This document shows positions 36,826 through 46,562 of a stretch of 64,000 nt of DNA, in pieces (position 1 is the first letter of the stretch; each line of letters begins with the position of its first letter). A program made the position numbers and the translations under genes. Below the pieces are notes generated by a model. That model was not told the DNA's origin and did not search any database. It worked only from the letters and a program-made list of their open reading frames with translations. Where the stretch lies: assembly GCA_973895155.1 (NCBI GenBank), contig OZ316893.1:25595520-25659519 (forward strand), given 5' to 3'. This DNA is from Marsupella aquatica (lineage: Eukaryota > Plantae > Marchantiophyta).

Positions 36826-39800
36826 ATGGCCTGGATACTGAACGCATTGAATAGTGTTCAAGATGCTGTATATTCTTCAACACCTGCACCGAAGGCAGCA
36901 TGTGAGATTGTTCTTCCCGAACTGAAGAAGGTAGAATTTCAGCACTGCCTAGGGCTTCAGCGTTTCTACCAGTTCAATAATCATGGTGGACGCATTTCAT
37001 CTTCACATGCTATGGACTTTAGTGAGGACAATCCTTTGCGAGGTGTTGAATGATCCCTTTGTTTCATTTAAGAATCTAACTAATCATGGTAATCTTGTGT
37101 TGTTGCAGCTCAATCATTCTGTGTACGAACTTTGCAAGCCATTAGTGCCTCGAGTAGGGCGCCCCTCGGTAGAAATAGTTTTTTTTCACGGTCTTCAATT
37201 TGATGGATCCGACACGACATATCTCACCACTTAGCTTTCCAAAGATGGGCAAGAAACTTGGCTTCTTTGGATCTTTGAATTCTTTCCAGAAGCCCGGATT
37301 CTCTTGATTTCATACAATGGCTGTGTCAAGCAGAAAACTGATGCAGGTTGTACAGATATGTATATCACGTCTGAGAATCTGTGGCAAGATATCATTGATG
37401 AGAATGCACAGGTTGGACAAGATGGATGCCCTGTTGTGTTAGTGGGCCACAGTCTAGGAGGGTTGGTCATCAAGGAAGTATTGATGAAAGCCAATTCAAT
37501 GCTCAACTCAAATCGACAGGGAAAAAAGAAGGAAAAACTGGGGTTTCTCTTACAGAATGTGAAACAGCTTTTCTATTATTCTTGTCCCCATAATGGTACC
37601 AGATTGGCTGATATGCAAGCAAAGTTTTTGAAGGGACTGCTGTTTGAACATCTCACCACACTCAACAAGGAAGCAGCTAGATGTAACGAGGCGTTTCGGC
37701 TGTTACGCCAAAATTCCAAATGGGAAGCTTATTCTATTGTGAAAGCACTTCCAACAGAGCTGGTGAGTACCGACTACTTTTTGTCTACCATATTATAAAA
37801 CGAAAGTGATAGCAATAGCAGTGTTGAATTGTAACCATGTCCGTTACATTTGCCTCCCCCATTGTGGAACCAAGCTGATAGAAAGTATGGCATCCGATTG
37901 TCATCATGCCCATTAGATATGCGAATGAGAGTTGGTAAATAATTCACGGTTTACACAAATTTAAAGGATTGGGTCTGTTCTGCAATGCTCGTCGTGGATC
38001 TCAAATCCCATCCAAATTATCCTGCTTTAAGCTCCCCAACGGCTTTATAGAACCAGCGAGAGCTCTTTGGCATGGAGTGAGGAATACTGAGATAGTTATG
38101 AAGTAGTGTTCTATTTGCCAATTTGATTGACGAGCGGATGGGCCTGAAGTCTTGAGTGTAGTGAATTACCAATGGAAAGATCGATGCTCAACTATGAAAG
38201 AATTCGTCTCACTCGGAAGCATTTCCAAATTAACTCTTTCACGGGCATTTTCTTCCAATGTAATACTGTGGGGCTAGAAAATTTGTCAGTGCCTGCAGTT
38301 TTGGATGCGCTAAACTCTGGTCTTGCCTAAGGACCTTCAGTTAGAGCTAATCGTAAAGGAATTGTATGTTCGCATGTCCTTATGTTCATTGTATTTTCCC
38401 CAGGGACCATTGGGAAGGCATATTGTTGTTGAAGAGGCTTCAGCAAGGTATGACACAGATGGCTGCTACACAATTCACGCTGATCATGTTAACGTATGTC
38501 GACCCGAATCTCCAATCGACGCCAGCTTTTCCAAGTTGAAGGATGTTATCAATCAAGCAGTGGGAGCAGTATGTTACGTCAACTTATCCTATGTGCATCC
38601 GCCATGCGCAAAACTCTATATCTTCTTGCCTTCAACTGTTTTGAAATGCATCCTAGGAGGCCTTATTCGGATTTCTCTGTTCGTATCTATGGTTCTCCTT
38701 TTGAAATTGACCAGATCGTGTTTATTTTGGTTAAGGGAACGTTTGGCAAGTCAATTGATTGGCGTGCGTAACCTTGATCTATGTTCTCATGGCAGGATGT
38801 GAAGGGCCACAAGGTTACTGTGTCCCAGCACGAAGTTGTAGGTCTTGATGACCAGGTCAAGGTTGTTCGGAAACAACTTGAGAACTATCGACAAGTGGGC
38901 TTGTTTGGAGCGGGTGGAACAGGGAAAACAACTTTAGCTAAACTAGTTTACGACGACATGTCAGACGACTTTGAGTACACCTGCTTTATACAGGAAGTGA
39001 AAGAAAAGGTGACACGGAACGCAAGTTTGAAAGACCTACAAGCAGAAATATTGAAAAATTTGTATTACAAGGGGCGCCAGGTAGTTGTGGAATGGAGTAG
39101 ATTAGAAGGAAAGAAAGTGCTGGTCGTTCTAGATGATGTTAAGTATGAGTCTCAGGTTTTGGTTGAGACAGAATTTTCAACTCAGAGTTGTGTTCTACTC
39201 ACATCTCGGGATCAACGCCTTCTAAGGGGGAAGGATTTTGAAGTCCACCTTGTAGAACTCCTTGACGATCCGGCATCTAAAAGGTTGTTTTGCTATCATG
39301 CTTTCAAAACTGCAAGTGCACCTGCAGCTTTCGAAGACAAAGTGCAGAGATTTACCCAAAAATGTAGGGGTTGGCCCTTGGTTCTCGAAGTTGCTGGCAA
39401 ATACTTGTATAAGCAAGAAGAGGGAAGAGTGTGGGATGACGCGTTTGACAGATTAAGTCAGGCGAGGCCACTCAAGGGCAAGATTGATGAGGACGAATTT
39501 TGGCCAATCTTCACGGTGATTTATGATTCTTTTGCACCAGAAGAACAACAGATGTTCTTAGATGTAGCGATCTGCTTCCATGGCGAGGATTTGGTGTCTG
39601 TAAAACGAGCTTGGAGAGTCTGGACAAAATTTTCTGATGCGGGATGGCAGAATTTGTTGGACACGGGTTTGATAACAACAATCCAGGGAACTTGGCCGGA
39701 GGGCTTGAAGATTCAGATGCATGAGGTGCTCCGAGATTTGGGACGTAGCATAGCGTGCCCGGACCCTGGGAATATTCAAGGCCACAGTCATGTGTATTAT

Positions 39801-41098
39801 CAAATCGAAACCGGCCCTTGGCCATTTGAGAAGGTAATGCCAATACCACGGATGAATTTAGGTCTACCGAAGATCCCCAAAATGCTTTTGCAATATTTTA
39901 AACTTGCAGACACTAAATTATTGTGCTGGGTGTGCACAATTTGATGCAGGGAAATCCTGAGGTCAAATTATTGAAGATTGTTTCCAATGGTGGGAAGCTG
40001 TACCCAGGACAAGACCCAAGTCCTACAATCGCTATTCGGAAATTTCGTGGGTTGCAGAAATTGAAAGCCTGGCTAGATGGTGTCCGTCTGCATGGGTCGT
40101 GCAATTTGCTTCCCGCCAGGCTTGTGTTTTTGAAAGTGAAGGAATGTGACTCGTGGGACGAATCAACATCGTCATCACCTACTTGCTTCTCTTCACGTTG
40201 GGAGGTCTCTGGTGCTAAACTGTTTGAAGCTGTTTCTCGGGAAGCAAACGAACTGAGAGCAGGTTTTTTCCAGCCACATCCAATATTAAGACACTTGGAG
40301 ATTGAGAGAGCGAGAGGTGTCTCACCTCTCCAAGACATTCTCCGGCCACTGAAGAATCTAGAATATCTGAGGTTTGGGGATATCAACGGCTACGGCACAC
40401 GACCATTTCCAAATTCTCTCTGGCAGCTTTCGGCTCTGAAATGTCTCACATTACGTTACTGTAACGAACCAAGAGCTCTGCCTTCTACTCTGGGGCAGCT
40501 TTCGGCTCTGAAATGTCTCACATTAAGTTACTGCGACGAACTAAGAGCTCTGCCTTCTACTCTGGGGCAGCTTTCGGCTCTTCAGTGTCTTACAGTAAGT
40601 TGCTGCCGTGAGTTAATAGCTCTTCCTTCAACTCTCGGGAAACTGAAGGATCTACGGCGATTAGTTGTTAAGTCGTGCTTCAGGCTCGTAGCCCTCCCAG
40701 AGACCCTAGGGCAACTTTATGGTTTAGAACACTTAGAAATTACCAGTTGTTATCGTTTGGAAAGTGTTCCAGGTGCCCTGTGGAGACTTCAAGCCCTTAA
40801 ACATCTTGAGATAACAGGTACCCGTCTTCTGAATGCTCTTCCTCCTACACTCGTCGAGCTTCGGGCGTTGCGACGTTTTAAAATCGAGTGGCGGCATGGT
40901 TTAGAAGCTGTCCGGGATATGCTTGGGACGCTTCCGCGACTACAATTACAAGATTTGACTGTAGTGAGCGAAGGACAGCCAAGAACTTTTATAGAGATCC
41001 TGGGGCAAGTTGATTCTGTGAAACATCTCAACATATGGATTGGCCACCACCAACGCGTGAAACATTTCAACTTCGGGATTGGAAAATTCCCGACGTAA
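36826..41098 (+). CDS. Alpha/beta-hydrolase-NB-ARC-LRR immune receptor (HNL-type NLR), about 1036 codons, with an in-frame TAG at 37232-37234 (possible pseudogenised allele)
   Basis: Phase-0 exons 36826-36930, 37109-37762, 38404-38568, 38796-39833, 39950-41098. Hydrolase motifs FFHGL, GHSLGG, CPHNGT, DHVNVC. NB-ARC motifs: P-loop GAGGTGKTT, kinase-2 VLDDV, LLTSRD, GWPL, FLDVAICF, MHE. 24-aa LRRs (LPSTLGQLSALKCLTLSYCDEL). Confidence 0.9.
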
Positions 41099-41695
41099 TT
41101 GTTATTCGTAGGTTAGTGATAGATACGCAGCCATGTTGCCATTAAGGATTAGCTTCAGATTAGTTCAGATCAGGTTTATTGTCCTCTGCAGTTATTTTAA
41201 GGAAGTAGAATTCAGGGTTACGTTTTAGTCCATTGATCTCCTCTCTGTTATGCCTTAGCCAGCCGCTATTTATTCTGCCTTCAGGCATTCGTAATATATC
41301 TCAGAAAACCATTTCCAACAGTATAACTTTGGTACGGCAAACTTGATGCTGTGAAACATCTCAAATATGGAGTGGCAACCACCGAATTGAAACATTTCAA
41401 CATTGGCAAGATCCCGAGGTGAGAATTTAAAAGCAGACATACATATAGCATTCAGAATCTGGCAGTCAAATTGTACATATAATTGCGCTGATAGATTGGC
41501 AAGTAGTCAAGAGAAGAGAGCTTCACCTAATACCACGAGATACTATACTCTCACAGTTCTCTAAATTGGGACCGCCCCCATCAAGGTCCAGGGATTACTA
41601 GTTCTGCCAGCTTTGCCTGATGCCAATATCTCTAAATGCTAGTCCCTAGCCTCGTTGCTTTGCCTGATGCCAATATCTCTAAATGCTAGTTCCTA

Positions 41696-42559
41696 CCGTC
41701 TTCCCCCGAACACAACGCCCAGGCGCTATATTCGAATAGTGGGCCAGGGGGCACTATATTCGAATAGTGCACCCTAGGCGTTGTGTTCAAATTTTTTGAC
41801 ATGGTTTTGGATTTTTTTCACTAGTGGCGCTGTGTTCGAAAATGGCGTTGTGTTCAAAAATAGCATTGTGTTTGAGTTTGACGTTGTGTTTGAGTATAGG
41901 CCTTTGTGTACAAGGGTAGGAGATTAATGTATTGTGTAAGCACTAACTGAAGTCTTAAATAAAGTGTTTGGGAATGTGTAGGTAATTCAAACACTGGGAT
42001 TACACAAGGGAAGCTAAGAGAACAGACCTTGCAAATCACAAGTACCATAAATTTGTGACAATCAACAATATTCTAAAAATTGTTCCAAAACATCACTATT
42101 GTCAACTTAGTGCATGTCATACCATAATACAATTGTTTGGTTGTCTCAAACAATAAAAAATGTCTAACAGCACAATAAAATACCATAACCAAGGAGACTT
42201 GGACAAGTTGTCTACTATGTGTTCTGAGCTTTTGCTTGATAAATTGTTGCTACATGCTGCAAAACCTATGGACTGCCTACTTCATTTGTTCAGTTTCAAA
42301 TGTACATTACCTACCAAAATATGATCTCACATACAGCCAACGCCAACACTGTGTTGCACCAACTTTGAAAGTATGTGCCAACTTCAAATACAACACCAAA
42401 GCTGCACTAACTTTGAACACAACGCCAAACTCAAACACAACGCCCGGGCGTTGTGTTAATCCGACGCTGTGTTTGAATAAAAACCACTTTTTATTTTTAG
42501 GGCCCAAAAAAAGTCATATTCGAACACAACGCCCGGGCGTTGTGTTCGGGGGAAGACAG
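41696..42559. mobile_element. Tc1/mariner-type MITE, 864 bp
   Basis: TIR CCGTCTTCCCCCGAACACAACGCCC / GGGCGTTGTGTTCGGGGGAAGACAG; TA TSD at 41694-95 and 42560-61; subterminal GCGTTGTGTTC(G)A repeats; no transposase. Confidence 0.88.
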
Positions 42560-42727
42560 TAGCCTCGTTGGTTTGGCCTGTGTGGCCCATTTGTCTGTTG
42601 GTGCGTTTCTCGGTTCCGTTTGTGGATGAGGATTCGCAGTTGTGGCCTTGGGGCTGATTACATTAATGTCTTGTGTCCATTTTTTTTGTTTCAGATCCCG
42701 AGGTGATTCAGCGGAGATGGTTAAGTT

Positions 42728-44293
42728 ATTCAGGGAGACGAGTCCGTGCATTGTCCATTGTCATTCAATGCACCTTGATTCTCCCCCATAGTCCACACAG
42801 GAATACTCTCTCCATTTTTGTGTCTCACTTCAGTTTCAGGCCAGCCCCATTTTTGGGTCCCGGTTCAGTTTTGAGGAGGACACAGATTTTTGAGGAGTTC
42901 TAATGTTTGATGGTTTTAACTTATTCACAAATAATGTAAAATTACAATATCAATTTTTAAAATGTCAATATATTTTTTAATAAAAAATATAAAATAATTA
43001 TAAAATATTAAATGGTAATGAGCATGGAGAATTGATGCACAGAAGTAGTGTGTGACTTAGTGGTATTGGAGGTCAGTTGAGACTATGACGTGGTGTGTTC
43101 AAGGCACACTATGGGCAACTTTTCTTTTCTTTGATTGAGGGCATGGAAAGGAATGAACATTGGAGGGGGCAGGGGAGTCTAATTGTATTTGGAAATGGAA
43201 ATGGTAAATGAGATATATATATGGGGGTTTCAAGTAGTTTGGAGATAGCAAAAATAACAAAGGAAACACCCATGAGGGCCAGGGAGATAAATTAACCTCT
43301 TTTGTTAATTTCTTGTGCCTGCCCATTGTTGTGAGGTACCAATCATGTTCCTAGTGGGGTAATTGCTTTCAGTTTTAGGAAGAATCCAACAAAAGAGGTT
43401 AGCACGAGAAGCCAACAAAAGAGGTTAGAAGTCAAAAGACAAACAATATTAGAGGTGGTGTTGACAGGAGAAGAAAGGCCTTGTGCAACAAACTGAGAAA
43501 CCAGTAAGACAAAAGAAAGCCCCTTGAAAAAGGCACAAAAACCAACCTAGCAGAAGGCCCCTACTAAGCGAGTCCAAAAGTGTGTGGTAGAGAAGACAAC
43601 AGGGCCAGGATTGAAAAGTGTGCTCCAATTGACAGGGTTTTGAAAGTTTGCAAGGACTTGGGGATATGAACCAAGGGATGCGCCATATAGCAGCAACAGA
43701 AAAGTTGAGGAGAACAAAGGAAACAAAGTGAAAAGGAGAGAAAGGAGACCCATCAGAGCCAGGCACTTGTTTCCTTTGTTATTTTTTCTATCTCCGAAAT
43801 TACTTGAACCCCTCATATATATTTCATTTACCATTTCCATTTTCAAATACAATTAGACGCCCCCGCCCCTCTAACTTTCATTCCTTTCCATGCCCACAAT
43901 CAAAGAAAAGAAAAGTTGCCTGTCATCTTCAACACGCCACCTTGTAGTCTCAACTGACCTCCAATACCACTAGGTCACACACTACTTCTATGCGTCAATT
44001 CTCCATACTCATTACCATTTAATCTTTTATAATTATTTTATATTTTATCTTCAAAAATATATTGATATTTTTAAAATTGATATTATAGTTTTATGTCATT
44101 TTTGAATAAGTTAAAAACGTCAAGCATTAGAACTCCTCAAAAATCTGTGCCCTCCTCAAAACTGAACCGGGACCCAAAAATGGGGCTGGCCTGAAACTGC
44201 AATGAAACGCAAAAATGGAGAGAGTATTCTGGTGGGCACTGGGGGAGAATCTAGGTGCATTGAATGACAATGCAGGGACTCGTCTCCCTGAAT
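42728..44293. mobile_element. Non-autonomous long-TIR DNA transposon (about 550 bp inverted arms, about 450 bp core)
   Basis: ATTCAGGGAGACGAGTCC...GGACTCGTCTCCCTGAAT ends; 8-bp TSD GTTAAGTT at 42720-27 and 44294-301; arms pair out to about 43290 and 43750. Confidence 0.88.
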
Positions 44294-45025
44294 GTTAAGT
44301 TCACTCATCTCCAATCTTGTTAGAGGATCTATGAAGTCAAGTTGAATTAGGAAAAAAGCCTGAATTAGGGTTGGCAAGGACACTTCGGGGTTAATGCTCA
44401 ACCTTGAAGATCCCGACCCTAAGACTACATGTAACCCTCAAACCAATTTAGTCTGAAGTTCAATCAGTGATGTGGAATTACACACAATATCTTGCTCGAG
44501 CATGTTTCTGATCGAGCTGTTACTTTTTGGGCTCATCAGTTCTTTTCTTCACTTTACAGAAAATGGGTATGTCATAGTTGTTCAGGTTTGTAGATGCATC
44601 TCTTCATTCAATTTTGATACTTTTGTCTTCTTAAACCACACCTGCCCTTATAAAACCCCATTCCGTGCCTCACTACTCACCATGAAAGGTGGAGCACTCA
44701 TCTCCTTTTGTGGAGCAGCAATTTGTGGAGCCAATAAAAGGTGTTGCACTCACCAGTTTTTGTGGAACTCAAAGCCCATTCTTGAACAGCTACAGGCAAG
44801 GTTACCCCTACCTCTTTATAGGTGCACTGCTCTTTATAGGTGCACAAGTGGTGTAATGTTCTTCATGATTTTTGGCTTTGTATGAGAGCTACGGGTAGCT
44901 CTTTATAGGTGCTCACAAACAGAATATTTAACATACAATTCATTTGGGGGAGGATTTCTAGAATAATTGTCCATTCTAATCTACAGTCCATTTGGATTGG
45001 TTTCATTGTCCTAGCTTTCTCATAT

Positions 45026-45050
45026 GTGTGTGTGTGTGTGTGTGTGTGTG
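45026..45050. repeat. (GT)n microsatellite
   Basis: GT dinucleotide run. Confidence 0.9.
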
Positions 45051-45439
45051 TTTCATTTCTGGTGTCTGTCTAAGTATTGTAGGGCAGTGAAAACAACACA
45101 CATCAACATTTTTGAAGCTTAATACAATATGTTGCCACATATTTTTTCACCACTTAAGAAAAACACAGCATTGTAAAATGCAATTTTTCTTACAAAGGTT
45201 CTCAAGTGCGAAAACAAATTGTAATTCTTGCTGGAACTTTTTTGTCACAAATCTCAAGAACAAAATATTTTGCAAGTTTCTCAAGTGCTAACCTTCTTCT
45301 ATAGAGGGGATGAGGCACGACTTTTTTGTTGCTATCTGGTTGTGTGTGTGTGAAGTTTCTTCTTGCAAAGGACTAAGGGGTGCAAGTCTGGGTACTGAGT
45401 GGTGTTCAAATTTTTTGAGAAAACTACAGAAATTGATCC

Positions 45440-45620
45440 AAGTGGCTTTGGTTAGTTGGCCAGGGGATGAGCCTAGAGCTGAGAAGTCCCAGGTTCAATG
45501 CCCCCTCCACACATAAGGGGTGTAGAGGGTATGTGTTGTATGTGAGGTGTAGTGGTGGGGGTCTTGGTTTCTCCTCAATCCCTGGCTGGTTGGGGCCCTA
45601 GTTACGGACCCCCATGAGAG
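45440..45620 (+). mobile_element. Possible degenerate tRNA-derived SINE
   Basis: A-box-like TGGCTTTGGTTAGTTGG and B-box-like GGTTCAATGCC spaced as in a tRNA. GGCTGGTTGGGGCCCTA resembles the - strand at about 36210-36225. No TSD found. Confidence 0.3.
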
Positions 45621-46562
45621 GTCCCTTGCAAATTCCCTATCATGAGGTTGCACCACATCAGCACAACCAGCCACAAACAGGAAAGATCTTATTTTTGACA
45701 GTTTTAAAAGTGCACATTCATGTTTGTGGCAAAAGCAATATAATTTTGGGGCGCCATGCCGTAAGTATTAAGCATAAAAAACCAAATTACAAAGTAAGAG
45801 ATGTCATTTAGTAAAATAAAGTTAGCATTCTGATGTTCATCAATGATATATCAATGTTTTACATCAAAATGTTTGTACTTTTTAATTGTTTGCCAGTTTG
45901 AAAAAACCAATTGACAAAAATGTACTTAGTTAGAACCCCTTTGGCTCCATAGTGTAAAACTAATAAATAAGCAATCTCATTAGTGTTTGATAAAATTTCT
46001 CAATGTCACACTCATTGGAAAGCTAGAGTAAAATTAGAAACTCATCATCTCCTTACTATTTGACAAAATATATCAATGTACACCAATCCGATGAATCACC
46101 TTGATTGAACACAACAAATACTCTCACCATTATTGAGGCGTCCAAACCTTGAACACGAAGCTCTAATACCACTTGTAAGAAACTATTGGTTCAGACTAGA
46201 CAACAAATGCAGAAAATGAGAGCACTCAATCTCGCACTACACCAACAAGTCCTTTAATTTTATTAATTATTTATATTGTTCGAGTACCTCTCTACCTGCC
46301 CATCCCCATGGACTGTGTAAAGTGATCACTGAGTTTACACCAAAAAGAAAAAGGAACCGGTCGGGCATATTGCAATCGACAACTTTGACTACCCTATGGA
46401 GAAAGCAATCAACACGTTCTAGGTCACATTTTTTTGAAAGTGCCCTTTGCTCAATGTAATTGGGAGTGATATATCATCTGAATGGCTCAACAATGTTTCC
46501 ACAAAAAGTTTCATCTTAGTTGCAAAACTCAACTACCTTAACATTTAGCTCCGGCGTTGCTG

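Noticed and set aside
46160-46175. Reverse-strand PBS-like GCTCTAATACCA suggesting another LTR element
   Set aside because: Could not find a matching LTR pair, TSD or coding remnants, so not called as a feature.
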